64,000 nucleotides of DNA from a virus: positions 28,878 through 92,877 of the IMG/VR virus record IMGVR_UViG_3300026078_000024. The stretch is one strand, 5' to 3'. The notes under the pieces were generated by a model. The model did no database searches and was not told the origin of the DNA. It was given only the letters and a program-made list of their open reading frames with translations. How positions within the stretch are numbered: position 1 is the first letter of the stretch; each line of letters begins with the position of its first letter. The position numbers were made by a program, and so were the translations under genes. This document shows, piece by piece, positions 1 through 9,528 of this stretch.

Positions 1-609
1 GCGCTGATCAAGGTGCTCGAACACCGCCCCGGCGTCCAGGAGATTGATCAAGTACCGCTCGTCCTCACCCTGGTACCGGCCGTTGTCCAGGGTGCGGCCC
101 TCGGGGAAGCCGCCGACGCGGCGCACGGTCTCGGTCCGCACGAGGTGCGTGATCGGGATGAACGATCCGACGTGCTTGATGTGCGCGGCCATCTCGGGAG
201 TGAACCTGAGTCCCCACGGAGAGACCGGGAACCGGCCTTGATGGGTGACGGCCGTCGGGTCCCTCCCGTTGACCATCTGCGGCCGGGGGTAGACAAGATC
301 GACAGCAAAGCTGTTCTCGATCACCCGCATGCACGCCTTGAGGTGGTTCGGCCGGAGCCAGTCGTCATCGTCCAGCCAGGCGATCACGTCCGACTCGACC
401 CGCTCCAGGAGACGGTTCCGGGTCGCGGCGGCGCCGGTGCGGTCCTTGTCGACCTCGATCAAGAACTGGTCCGGCTGCCGGTCCTGCTTCATCACGCTCA
501 TCTCGGCGCGCATGAGGTCGACCTCGCGGCCGGGCAGGGTTGGAATGCATACGGCCACCGTGAGGTGCCTCGGGTTGGGCCGGTTCCCCCGGCGCTTCGC
601 TTCACCCAT
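1..609 (-). CDS. GT2-family glycosyltransferase (3' end beyond window start)
   Basis: Hand-translated because it is not in the ORF track: MGEAKRRG...VAVCIPTLPGR...GAAATRNRLL...IAWLDDDD...VGGF...GEDERY. GT-A DxD motif; paralogous to 1414-2013. Confidence 0.85.
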   Translation of the reverse strand, partial: MGEAKRRGNRPNPRHLTVAVCIPTLPGREVDLMRAEMSVMKQDRQPDQFLIEVDKDRTGAAATRNRLLERVESDVIAWLDDDDWLRPNHLKACMRVIENSFAVDLVYPRPQMVNGRDPTAVTHQGRFPVSPWGLRFTPEMAAHIKHVGSFIPITHLVRTETVRRVGGFPEGRTLDNGRYQGEDERYLINLLDAGAVFEHLDQR

Positions 610-617
610 GATCTTCC

Positions 618-836
618 TTACTTCCCGAACCGGACGGCCTGGCACACCGGGCACGGACAAGACGGTACGGGGGTCCCGACGTCTCCGATGTGGCCGGACC
701 ATTCCAAGATCTCTGCGTTGTACGCGTCCCTGATCGCCTGGTTGAACTCCCGGGCGGTCATGACGCGGCGGCTCCGCCGGGCATGCCTGGCGGCACGGTC
801 CGGCGACGTCCACCTGATGATCGTCCGGGTCACCAC
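618..836 (-). CDS. hypothetical protein (C-terminal CxCxxC)
   Basis: Fills the gap in a tightly packed minus-strand operon. Confidence 0.5.
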   Translation of the reverse strand: MVTRTIIRWTSPDRAARHARRSRRVMTAREFNQAIRDAYNAEILEWSGHIGDVGTPVPSCPCPVCQAVRFGK

Positions 837-1420
837 ATATCACCCCGTTGGAGCATGATTGCGTTTCGGGCCGCGCTCCGGTTCGCGTAGCCAACCTCTT
901 TGGCTACTTGATCAAATGTCATCCCTTGATCCCTGAGTTCCACGGCCTTGATCCGTTTGAGTTCCAGCTCTCGTCTGTGTGGTGCAGGCTCCCCCACTCG
1001 GCGGCACGCACGGCAGAACTTCTTTCCGCGATGCCAGTACGTGTTCGCCTCGTCGTAGGCATGACCCCGGAGACATTGATCGACTGGCCCTGATCTTCCG
1101 GCCAGATCGTTTTCCCGGTGGGTAGCCAGCCGCATGTGACGTTTCCAGTTCATGCACATCCGGTGCGGGCAGGTACTCCCGCCCTCGCACTCCGGATCTT
1201 CGTTGTGGCATGTGTGGTCGACTTCGAGTCCCTCCGGGATCTCGCCGACCATGAGCAGCCAGGCTGCTTTGTGGGCACCCACGTAATGACCACGGAGCCA
1301 GAAGTTCCCGTAACCGTGGCCTGTCTTGGCTCCGATGAACGGCCAGCAGGCATCCGGCCCGCCCGATTGATCAATCTTGGACAGGAGACGCGCTCTGTCG
1401 TCCCCGGTGATCCTTACCAT
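830..1420 (-). CDS. HNH homing endonuclease with C-terminal HTH
   Basis: CWPF..GYG...AHKAAW...VDHTC...C.N..H...EN HNH motif, CLRGH...CRAC zinc module, HTH-like tail. Confidence 0.85.
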   Translation of the reverse strand: MVRITGDDRARLLSKIDQSGGPDACWPFIGAKTGHGYGNFWLRGHYVGAHKAAWLLMVGEIPEGLEVDHTCHNEDPECEGGSTCPHRMCMNWKRHMRLATHRENDLAGRSGPVDQCLRGHAYDEANTYWHRGKKFCRACRRVGEPAPHRRELELKRIKAVELRDQGMTFDQVAKEVGYANRSAARNAIMLQRGDMW

Positions 1421-2013
1421 CTGTCTCCCCGGCCGCTCGTATTACCAGGATGCCAATGATAATACCAAGTGCGCTCGTTCAGATGGTGGAACGTCGCCCC
1501 GGCGTCCAGGAGCTTGAGCCACAACCCCCATTCGTCGCATGGGCTCGCGCCCGGCTCCCTGCTCTTGTTCCGGTCCTCGAACCCGCCGACGGACATAGCC
1601 AGCTCGGTACGAACCAGGAGAGTCACCGGAATGTAGTTCTGGATCTTCCTGAGCGCATGCTCGTTGAACGGTTGCCCCTCGTACTCCGGGAAAGGATCCC
1701 ACCCGGACGGCACGGTGAACCACGGATAGATCACATCGGCGCCGGACTCCTGTGCGGCCCGTAGCAGAGATCCAATGTGCCCCGGGCGCAGTGTGTCGTC
1801 GTCGTCCAAAAACGCAGTCCATTCGGTCGTCACGCCAGCGAGAGCCCGGTTTCTGGTGATGGCCGAACCTTCATGCGCCGTATCCACAGCAATGCTGATC
1901 CCGTCCACCGGATGTTCTTGCCGGAGAACGGAATCCATCGCCCTGGGCAGAAGGGTACGGGCCCGGGGCGGGATGCTCGGAGTGACCACGGTCACACCTG
2001 GCCTGTAGATCAC
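1414..2013 (-). CDS. GT2-family glycosyltransferase
   Basis: VTVVTPSIP, TRNRAL, AFLDDDD, VGGF, DEWGLW motifs. Confidence 0.9.
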   Translation of the reverse strand: MIYRPGVTVVTPSIPPRARTLLPRAMDSVLRQEHPVDGISIAVDTAHEGSAITRNRALAGVTTEWTAFLDDDDTLRPGHIGSLLRAAQESGADVIYPWFTVPSGWDPFPEYEGQPFNEHALRKIQNYIPVTLLVRTELAMSVGGFEDRNKSREPGASPCDEWGLWLKLLDAGATFHHLNERTWYYHWHPGNTSGRGDRW

Positions 2014-2147
2014 GGCTTCCTCCGGTCCTTGATGTCCCGTGCGACAAGACCGGCGATCGCCCCCAGGCAGACACCGATCACTCCCATCACGATCAACCCG
2101 AGGACCGGGCCGTAGAAGCCGGTGAAGTAGTCGATCACGGCGGTCAC
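2010..2147 (-). CDS. small membrane protein (45 aa)
   Basis: MTAVIDYFTGFYGPVLGLIVMGVIGVCLGAIAGLVARDIKDRRKP; GTGA overlaps at both ends. Confidence 0.6.
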   Translation of the reverse strand: MTAVIDYFTGFYGPVLGLIVMGVIGVCLGAIAGLVARDIKDRRKP

Positions 2148-3403
2148 AGTTTCCTCCCCAGGCGGATCAAGGTAACGCCGGACTGGTCGACGATGATCCC
2201 CGTCGGATCGATGACCACGGATCCGGGGGCGAACCGCAGAGACCGGAACTCCTCATGCCCGCATCCGATCACGAACACCGACCGGTGCTGGACCACCTCC
2301 GGGTTCCAGTGATCGTCAGTGTGCGGGTCCGTGGTATAGACCGGCACGATCTCCGCGAGTTGCTGGAAGAGAAGGAGCGCGGCCGACCCACCGGCGAGAT
2401 CACTGCCCGGCCGGTACGCGTTGCCGAGGATCACCACGGGAAGGTCGGTGAGGGCGTGGTAATCGATCGCGAGGGACGCGATCCACGACGACTGCGCCTC
2501 CCGCGCCCTCTGGAGGAACCCGAAGATATCGGCGGAGAGATCCAGCCGGTCGGCGAGATGCGACATGGCCACCACGTCCCGGGGGTGGCAGTACCCGCCT
2601 CCACCCATGCCGCCCTTGAGATACCTCCGGCTCATCAGGTTCGTGGTGGCGAGGGCGAGGGTGGTGGAGACGTCGTCCACGTCCGCGCCGGTCTTCTCGG
2701 CCAGCTCCAGCATCGTGTTCGCGAAAACGATCTTCATGGACGTGTACGTGTTGTACGCGACCTTGGTCAACTCCGCCGACGGGATCCTCATGGTCCTGAT
2801 CGGCCGGGAGTGCAAGGACGTGTAGATCTCCGTCACCGCGAGGGCGTCCTCGTAGGTGTCGGCACCCACGATCACGAACTCCGGGTTGAGGAGATCGTCG
2901 GCCACAGACCCGAGGGAGATCAGGGACGGGGTGTAGACCAGTCGGGTGTGATCGTTGAGGAGCGGCCGGAGCAACCTGTCGCACGTGCCGGGGAGCACTG
3001 TGGAGATCACCGCGATCGTGATCGTCTTGTGTGCCATGTCGGCCGCGCGCGCCAGCGACCGGACGGCGTTGATCAGGTAGGCGTAATCGAAGTCGCGCCG
3101 GGTCTCGGGGTCGAGGTTCGGCACGGTCCCGTCGAGGTGCGCCGGGTGCGGAGTCTGCACCGCTACAAAGATCGTGTCGGCGTTCGCGACGAGGGTCGCC
3201 GGGTCGTTGACGACGTTCATGCGGTTCAGGGCGAGGAGGTTGTCGATCTGTACCTCCTGCGGCGGCACGGCCTTGCCGGAGATGATGTCGAGGGGGTGCC
3301 GGGACATGTCGCACCCGGTCACCCGGTGTTTCCCGTGGACGTCGAGAACGAGGGCAAAGACGAGGCCCAGCTTCCCGAGACCGAGGACACCGACGTCAGC
3401 CAT
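2144..3403 (-). CDS. UDP-glucose/GDP-mannose 6-dehydrogenase family
   Basis: GLGKLG Rossmann motif, STVLPGT, SAELTKVAYN, GGGYCHPRD catalytic Cys; start trimmed to MADVGV. Confidence 0.92.
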   Translation of the reverse strand: MADVGVLGLGKLGLVFALVLDVHGKHRVTGCDMSRHPLDIISGKAVPPQEVQIDNLLALNRMNVVNDPATLVANADTIFVAVQTPHPAHLDGTVPNLDPETRRDFDYAYLINAVRSLARAADMAHKTITIAVISTVLPGTCDRLLRPLLNDHTRLVYTPSLISLGSVADDLLNPEFVIVGADTYEDALAVTEIYTSLHSRPIRTMRIPSAELTKVAYNTYTSMKIVFANTMLELAEKTGADVDDVSTTLALATTNLMSRRYLKGGMGGGGYCHPRDVVAMSHLADRLDLSADIFGFLQRAREAQSSWIASLAIDYHALTDLPVVILGNAYRPGSDLAGGSAALLLFQQLAEIVPVYTTDPHTDDHWNPEVVQHRSVFVIGCGHEEFRSLRFAPGSVVIDPTGIIVDQSGVTLIRLGRKL

Positions 3404-3405
3404 GG

Positions 3406-4164
3406 TCAGTCCTTCCGGGTGAGGATCGCGGCGCAGTACCGCCGGTCCGGGGTGAGGTAGTCGAAGTCGGTGATCGTGAACAGGTCTCCGAACCGCCGGT
3501 CGAGCTTCTCGCGGTCGTACCACGTGGCGTAGGTCCCGGTACCGTCGAAGAACCGCACGAATTGATCGAACTTCTCGTGCTCCTCCACCGGCTCCCGGGG
3601 CGGCTCGGTGCCGGTGGCGATCCTCCAGCCCTCGTCGCTGTAGACCATGAGCCGGATCTTCCCGTCCGGAGCCAGCATGAGATCGAACATTTCCATGGTC
3701 AGGCGGGCCTTGCGGATGTGGTGCAGCACCCCGCAGCAGTGGATCTCGTCGTACGTGTCGGTCAGGGCATGGATGTACGGCCACTCTTCAGTGATCTTGT
3801 ACATGTTCTTCGGGCCCCGGCCGGTCTCCAGACTCATCACGTGCGCGGCCAGTTCCACGTTCGCGGAGGACAGGTCGGCGATCGAGACGATGGCGCCGGT
3901 CCTGGCGATCTCCGCCGCTTCCATGCCCACCCCGCAGCCGTACTCCAGCACCCGTTGCCCGTACCGGTTCTCGTCCAGTGCCATGTAACGGCGCCACAGG
4001 CCGTCGTGGTTGCGCCAGCCGGTGTAACGGGTCTGGCGCATACGCTCGATCACTTCGTGAAGGTGATCATCGTTCCACGTGAGCATCTCGGCGGACGAGA
4101 GATACCCGACGTCGTCCACCGGCGGCAGGGACCATGCAGTCACGGTGTCGGCCCACTCGGTCAT
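3406..4164 (-). CDS. class I SAM-dependent methyltransferase
   Basis: VLEYGCGVG motif I, YDEIHCCGVLHH, LAPDGKI. Confidence 0.85.
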   Translation of the reverse strand: MTEWADTVTAWSLPPVDDVGYLSSAEMLTWNDDHLHEVIERMRQTRYTGWRNHDGLWRRYMALDENRYGQRVLEYGCGVGMEAAEIARTGAIVSIADLSSANVELAAHVMSLETGRGPKNMYKITEEWPYIHALTDTYDEIHCCGVLHHIRKARLTMEMFDLMLAPDGKIRLMVYSDEGWRIATGTEPPREPVEEHEKFDQFVRFFDGTGTYATWYDREKLDRRFGDLFTITDFDYLTPDRRYCAAILTRKD

Positions 4165-5432
4165 GACTTCCCCACGATCTCGAAGTGCGGCAAAGGAAAG
4201 ATCATCCGGCCGCCGTTCTTCAGGTAGTCGGCTTCCCGTTCGAGGAACACGGACCGGAAGAACCACGGGGAGATCAGGAGGTACTCCGGGTGGACGGCCC
4301 GCATGCCGGACTCATCCATGATCGGAATCCCGGTCGCGGACATGATCTTTCCGACCTTGGCCGGTGACCGTTCCACGGCGTACGGCAGGAGATCCGGCCC
4401 GGCGTCGATCATCTGGAGGAACGTCCCGCCCCGGGTGGACGCGCCGTACAGATAGACCGTCTCGCCCCGGTCGGCCGCCTTCTCCAGGAACGCCCGGGTG
4501 AGATCGAGTTCCTGCTTGACCGACCGGCCCCACTCCTGCCACACCTCCGGTCGTTGCAGCCCCTTGATCACCTCGGTCTCGTACACGTCCTGCACGCTGG
4601 CCGACTGCGGCCGGTCTCCGATGCGGGACACGGCCGTCCGGATGCACCCGCCGTTGACGGACGAGAAGGTGACATCGTTGATCTCCAGGCCGTGACGCTC
4701 CAGGAGGATCATGAGGGGGAGGAGCGCGAAGTACGTCACGTGTTCGTGGCACACGTTGTCGACTGCGTTCCGGCGGAGCATGTCCCCGGCGTAGTTCTGC
4801 TGAATGATCCACACCCCGCCGGGGGCGAGGCACTGCTCCACCCCGTGGACGAACCGGTTCGGATCATCGAGGTCGTAGAACATGGACACGGACGTGATCA
4901 CGTCGAACTCGCCGGGCTGGAAGAACCGGGGAGAAAAGTAGTTGTAGATCACCCGGTCGGCCGCGCCGGTCCGGCGCGCGTCCCGGGCGATCACGTGGAC
5001 CGGGTCGATCCCCGTGCGGGTGATCCCTGCCGGGACGTGACTGAGGAGGGTCCCGTCGTTGCAGGCGATGTCCAGCCACCGGCGCGGGTCGTGGCGGAAG
5101 GCGAGGGCGTAGTCGACCACGTCTTTGAGGTCCCGGACGATCGCCTCGTTCGTGCCGGACCGGAAGCCGTATCGATCATGGTAGAGCTTCTCGCGCGGCG
5201 TCGACTCCCCGAGCTGAAGAAGGGTGCAGTCGAGGCAGATCTTGAGCTTGAGGGGGTACGTCTCGGCGTCCGACCGGTAGTCGTCCGGGTCCACGAAGTC
5301 GGGGAGGCGGTGATTGCCGAGATCGATCACGTCCACGAGGTGGAGGGAGCCGCAGGACCGGCACACCACCCCGGGAACGCCCTCAATCAACGCCTGCATG
5401 TTCCGCAGGCCCGCATCCGTGGTCTTGCTCAC
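4161..5432 (-). CDS. NDP-hexose C-methyltransferase (TcaB9/NovU-like)
   Basis: CRSC...YPLKLKICLDC zinc domain, LDIACNDGTLL, HEHVTYF, YGASTRG, GGRMIFPLP. Confidence 0.9.
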   Translation of the reverse strand: MSKTTDAGLRNMQALIEGVPGVVCRSCGSLHLVDVIDLGNHRLPDFVDPDDYRSDAETYPLKLKICLDCTLLQLGESTPREKLYHDRYGFRSGTNEAIVRDLKDVVDYALAFRHDPRRWLDIACNDGTLLSHVPAGITRTGIDPVHVIARDARRTGAADRVIYNYFSPRFFQPGEFDVITSVSMFYDLDDPNRFVHGVEQCLAPGGVWIIQQNYAGDMLRRNAVDNVCHEHVTYFALLPLMILLERHGLEINDVTFSSVNGGCIRTAVSRIGDRPQSASVQDVYETEVIKGLQRPEVWQEWGRSVKQELDLTRAFLEKAADRGETVYLYGASTRGGTFLQMIDAGPDLLPYAVERSPAKVGKIMSATGIPIMDESGMRAVHPEYLLISPWFFRSVFLEREADYLKNGGRMIFPLPHFEIVGKS

Positions 5433-6319
5433 TGGCTCCTCCAGTAGCTCATGACGTCGGACAACATGGAATGCAGGGAGGTGGTCGGCCGCCAGCCGGT
5501 CACCGTCTTGATCTTCGCGTTGCTCGGGACCGGCCAGACCTGCGCGTCCCGGTGGACCAGGAGCGGATCTTCCTTCAGCTCGATCTCCGCCGTGGACATG
5601 CTCGCGAGGGTGTGCATGACGTGTTCCATGGTCACGTTGTTGGCCGAGCACACGTTGTAGATCCCCGGCTCCGCGTCGATCACGGCCGCGTATGCCTGCA
5701 CCACGTCCCGGACCGAGGTGAAGTTGCGGTACGCGGAGAGATCACCGTGTGAGACGAAGTCGGCGTGGCCCCGCTCCACGGCCACGATCCGGCGCGCGAA
5801 AGACGACTCCGCGTTCGCCGACTGGCGGCCCCACCCCGTATGGTTCCAGGCCCTCGTGCAGACGACGTGCATTCCGTACCGGCGCGCGTACGCCTGACCG
5901 GCCGTCGTCGCCCCCAGCTTCGCCGCTCCGTACGGCGTGGTCGGGAAGCATGGGGACAGCTCGGTGATGATCTCCGCCCCGTCCGGCCGCTCGTATCCGT
6001 ACTCCTCCGACGTGCCGGTGATCAGGATCCTCGCGTGTGCGCCGGTGGTCCGGACGGCCTCCAGGGTGTTCAAGGTTCCGCCCACGTTGACGTCGAACAC
6101 CCGGCGCGGATTGCGGAGCGACTCTCCCGGCCACGAGACGGCTGCCAGGTGGAAGATCTTGTCAGGCTGGAACTCGCTGACCATGTGCCGGACGGTCTCG
6201 AAGTCGCGGACGTCGCACGCGGCGAGGGTGCACCCCTGAACGGTGTGCCCCTGGTTCTCCAGCAGCTTGCGGAGGTGAGGCCCAACGAAGCCCCCCGCGC
6301 CCGTGATCATTGCTTTCAC
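5429..6319 (-). CDS. NAD-dependent NDP-sugar dehydratase/reductase (GMD/RMD-like SDR)
   Basis: ITGAGGFVG, FHLAA, TSEEYG, YGAAK catalytic motif. Confidence 0.9.
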   Translation of the reverse strand: MKAMITGAGGFVGPHLRKLLENQGHTVQGCTLAACDVRDFETVRHMVSEFQPDKIFHLAAVSWPGESLRNPRRVFDVNVGGTLNTLEAVRTTGAHARILITGTSEEYGYERPDGAEIITELSPCFPTTPYGAAKLGATTAGQAYARRYGMHVVCTRAWNHTGWGRQSANAESSFARRIVAVERGHADFVSHGDLSAYRNFTSVRDVVQAYAAVIDAEPGIYNVCSANNVTMEHVMHTLASMSTAEIELKEDPLLVHRDAQVWPVPSNAKIKTVTGWRPTTSLHSMLSDVMSYWRSQ

Positions 6320-7026
6320 TGCGCCGCCTTACTGATCGCGTTCATGAGCTTCCCGACGTCTTCCTGACGTTTCGGAAACAACTGGTTCCACAGTTGATCG
6401 ACATTGTCTTGGCTGTGCCGTGCCAGTCGATCTTGGTGGGTTTGATCGAGCGGGCCTTTGCCGACGGCGGGATGTAGATGTTCGGTGAACACGTCCGGGA
6501 GGAAGTGCAACCGGCCGACGCCCTGCGCCACCTGGTGGAGCCAGAGATCGTTGTAGTCGGACGAGAAGTACGGCGGGACGAAGTACCCGACGGCGTCCAC
6601 CCAGGCCCGGGTGATGAACCCGTGAGTGGCCAGATTCTGATCATGGATTCCGTCGCGGCCGTAGACGAGCCCGATCTTGTCCGGCCAGAGATCGAACGCC
6701 TCCCGTACCCGGATGTCCCAGTGATCGGTGCGGTAGACCGTCTCGTCGCACGAGTGCTGCATGATCATGCTGCTCTCGTCGGCGATCGCATAGCACTCGT
6801 TCCACAACTGGGAGAGGTTCAATGTGCCCCGGGGCCCGTGGGTCCAGAACACATCCCCGCCCTCGTTGTGCAGCGTGATCGCCATGTCCCGGGAGGGGGT
6901 GTCATCATCGTCGATGTAGAACACGTACTCCACCCGGTCACCGCACGTGACCCGGCCGGAGTCGACCATGCGTCGCATGTTGTGCGGACGGCCGCGCGTC
7001 GGCACGAGGACACTGATCACGGGCAT
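6316..7026 (-). CDS. GT2-family glycosyltransferase
   Basis: ISVLVPTRGRP, YIDDDD, SCDE, YNDLW, EHLHP. Confidence 0.85.
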   Translation of the reverse strand: MPVISVLVPTRGRPHNMRRMVDSGRVTCGDRVEYVFYIDDDDTPSRDMAITLHNEGGDVFWTHGPRGTLNLSQLWNECYAIADESSMIMQHSCDETVYRTDHWDIRVREAFDLWPDKIGLVYGRDGIHDQNLATHGFITRAWVDAVGYFVPPYFSSDYNDLWLHQVAQGVGRLHFLPDVFTEHLHPAVGKGPLDQTHQDRLARHSQDNVDQLWNQLFPKRQEDVGKLMNAISKAAQ

Positions 7027-7256
7027 GGACTCCCCGTCTCGGCCGTCCACAGGGTCTCGTTCGTCCCCTGATCGATGCACCGCTTCGCCTCCCCGGCCTC
7101 CCGGAGACGGAAGAGGGAGAGGTAGGCGAGTTGGGGGGTGATGTCCAGGGCGGCGGCGATCTCGTTCCGGGAGGCCATTCTGTGATCTTTCAGGTACGCC
7201 TTGACCGCCTTGTCCCGGTCCACCACGTCCTGCGGCCGTGTTCCCTTCCAAGCCAT
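7017..7256 (-). CDS. winged HTH DNA-binding protein
   Basis: SRNEIAAALDITPQLAYLSLFRL; first gene of the sugar operon. Confidence 0.65.
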   Translation of the reverse strand: MAWKGTRPQDVVDRDKAVKAYLKDHRMASRNEIAAALDITPQLAYLSLFRLREAGEAKRCIDQGTNETLWTAETGSPCP

Positions 7257-7285
7257 GTGTGGCTCCTGTTCTTTCGCTTGGTTCG

Positions 7286-7295
7286 ATCATACGAC
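7286..7295 (-). promoter_or_regulatory. extended -10 promoter motif GTCGTATGAT
   Basis: Same motif at 12073, 24602 and (variant) 13588, each upstream of a gene start. Confidence 0.55.
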
Positions 7296-7368
7296 ATGGG
7301 GGAGCCCGCGCCGGGGAGCTGGGAGAGTCACTCCGGCACGGGCTCATCATGGACGCGCACGAACCATA

Positions 7369-8313
7369 TCAGGGAGCGTAGCGGTAGCACGTCAACCATG
7401 AAGTCAGCACGTCCACCGAAGATCCCTTGGCGGCGTACGCACCGGCCAGCGCGGATTCGTTCTGGAGCACCCAGTCCGCCCGGTCCGGGAAGTCGGCGTG
7501 CACCGTCTTGAAGAGCTTCCCGTCGTAGTAGAACCTCACCGAATTCGGCACGATCTCCGTGCTGTAGGTGTGCCATCCGGTCCAGGCGGCGTTACCGGCG
7601 GCGTCACTGCCGGACTCGGCGAACCCGTGAGTGAACTCGCTGATGGGATCACTATCGAAGTTGCCCCCGGCCTCGGGGTAATCCACCTCGTTCGGCGTGT
7701 AGCGCAGGTGCGCCATTTTGTACCCCGGCGTCCGTGCCGAGACGCGGAAGCGCTCGGTGAACTTCCCGTATCGCAGACCCATGCACCGAAGGGGAACGGG
7801 AGCGGACACGTGGTTGGAACCACCGGAGGACGAACGCCACATGTGGACCCGCATGATCCCGTCACCGGTGGACGATTTGACGACGCTGATCGTGGTGGGA
7901 GGGTCGTACCACCCGCCGAAGGTCCGGTCGTTCCCGTTGGAGTGGTTCGTGGGGTTGGCGGTGTCTCCCCACCCGTTGGGATAAGCGCCAAGGGTGGCGT
8001 AGTAGTGGGGGTAAGCAGACTTGAGCCCTGCACACCGGAAGTCCCCGTCTCCGGCGCAGTGGTTGAACGCCCCGAGGGGGACAGAAGCGACCACGCCACC
8101 GGGGTTGAAGCTATCCCGGTAGAGCTGGTGGAACGGTCCGCAGTTGCCGACGGGGGTTGCGTTGTTCGTTGTGTGGCATGCGTCCTGGCTTGGGGTGACC
8201 GCTCCGGCGGGGGAGGGCCCCAGAAAGAGGGCACCGACAAGAGCCAGCACCCCCATCACCCCCGTGATCAGATAGCGCCACTTCGGACGGCGGCGCGCGT
8301 GCTTGCCGGTCAT
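7369..8313 (-). CDS. secreted glycoside hydrolase family 16-like protein
   Basis: Signal peptide ending AGA; EVDYPE catalytic ExDxxE; WHTYSTEIVPNSVRFYYDG. Confidence 0.8.
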   Translation of the reverse strand: MTGKHARRRPKWRYLITGVMGVLALVGALFLGPSPAGAVTPSQDACHTTNNATPVGNCGPFHQLYRDSFNPGGVVASVPLGAFNHCAGDGDFRCAGLKSAYPHYYATLGAYPNGWGDTANPTNHSNGNDRTFGGWYDPPTTISVVKSSTGDGIMRVHMWRSSSGGSNHVSAPVPLRCMGLRYGKFTERFRVSARTPGYKMAHLRYTPNEVDYPEAGGNFDSDPISEFTHGFAESGSDAAGNAAWTGWHTYSTEIVPNSVRFYYDGKLFKTVHADFPDRADWVLQNESALAGAYAAKGSSVDVLTSWLTCYRYAP

Positions 8314-8343
8314 GTCCGGCTCCTCTCACTCAGCCGGGCATGA

Positions 8344-8381
8344 TACGGCCCCCGGCGACAGAGCATGCACCGGGGGCCGTA
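8344..8381 (-). terminator. intrinsic terminator-like hairpin
   Basis: TACGGCCCCCGG...CCGGGGGCCGTA inverted repeat downstream of the gene ending at 8413. Confidence 0.55.
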
Positions 8382-8412
8382 GCGGAGGGGCGTCTCCGAG
8401 AGGGACGATACC

Positions 8413-8715
8413 TCAGCCGTTCTTGCGCACCTGACTGTAGTCGATCGCGTGCTGCTTGAACTGCTCGCAGAACTTGTCCAGCTTGGGGACCAGGTGCCAG
8501 GCTCCGGCGCCGGTGCGGGTCGTGGTCATGACGGCCACACCCCGGATGCACTGAAGCGTCGTGTTCGGATACTGATCACCGTTCGTGTAGGTCTCGGAGT
8601 AGTCGGCGTCCCACGACTTGATGTTCTCCTGGTCGCGGGTGTTGTTGGCTCCGCACCCGGTCAGAACACCGGCCCCGAGCAGCAGGGCCGCAACAGCGGC
8701 AACGGTCTTCTTCAT
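8413..8715 (-). CDS. lipoprotein
   Basis: MKK + hydrophobic stretch + LTGC lipobox. Confidence 0.75.
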   Translation of the reverse strand: MKKTVAAVAALLLGAGVLTGCGANNTRDQENIKSWDADYSETYTNGDQYPNTTLQCIRGVAVMTTTRTGAGAWHLVPKLDKFCEQFKQHAIDYSQVRKNG

Positions 8716-8960
8716 GATCCGTTCTCCCCTCGGAGGACTTTCTCGAACTCATGAGCGGCACGCTTCACAGTGCCGATCTTGTACTCCTCCGACTCGATCC
8801 CGGATGCGAGATGGGGGAGGGCGGCCACGGCCTGATCAAGGGCGACCATGCGGATCCTGAGATCCCATTCCCGCTCCTCTGCGGCGGCCCGGTCGATCTC
8901 GGGACGGTAGGGAGCCCACTCGTCCTCGCCCGGAGAATCCGCTTCAAATTTTTCGGTCAT
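8712..8960 (-). CDS. hypothetical protein
   Basis: RBS GAGGA; ATGA overlap with the downstream gene. Confidence 0.6.
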   Translation of the reverse strand: MTEKFEADSPGEDEWAPYRPEIDRAAAEEREWDLRIRMVALDQAVAALPHLASGIESEEYKIGTVKRAAHEFEKVLRGENGS

Positions 8961-9014
8961 TGATCTTTTTCCTCGTTTCTTTTGGTCGGTCGAACGATAC
9001 ACCGGCGGTCGATG

Positions 9015-9293
9015 CTACTCGTAGGAACGCCAGCGGTGGTAGTTCTCACAGGAGTTGAGCCATCCGGGGCCGGACCGGGTGGACCGCACCTGCACCACGG
9101 CCTCACACGTCGGGCACCAGTCCTTGACGGTGACCTGAGTGATCGGCCCGAGAACGCGCGCGAGACGATCCTCGTCCGACTCCTTCTGGATTCCCGGCCC
9201 GGCGACACACTCGGGGCAGCCGCACGGATCCGAGACGATCGGCTTGCTTCCGGGTTTGGCCGGTGCGTACGCCGGTCCGTCGGCTGCCCCCAT
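9015..9293 (-). CDS. hypothetical Cys-rich protein
   Basis: CGCPEC and CPTC motifs; operon packing. Confidence 0.55.
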   Translation of the reverse strand: MGAADGPAYAPAKPGSKPIVSDPCGCPECVAGPGIQKESDEDRLARVLGPITQVTVKDWCPTCEAVVQVRSTRSGPGWLNSCENYHRWRSYE

Positions 9294-9295
9294 GA

Positions 9296-9526
9296 TCAGT
9301 CCTTCCGGGTGATCTCGACGCCAGTCAAGCCGTCCTTGTCGAACGTGAACAGGCACGATATCCGCTCATCCATGGTCACGTTCGCGGCGGCCGTCGCCTC
9401 CTTGAACATCCGGGTCATGTCCCGGAGGAGATGCGGGTGGGTCTCGGGGGTGAAGCCCATTGCGTACAGATGATCGACCAACTGCCGGGGAGGATTCGGA
9501 TCCGTCGGATCGAGCCGATGGTCCAT
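9296..9526 (-). CDS. hypothetical protein
   Basis: Operon packing; TGATCATG junctions. Confidence 0.55.
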   Translation of the reverse strand: MDHRLDPTDPNPPRQLVDHLYAMGFTPETHPHLLRDMTRMFKEATAAANVTMDERISCLFTFDKDGLTGVEITRKD

Positions 9527-9528
9527 GA

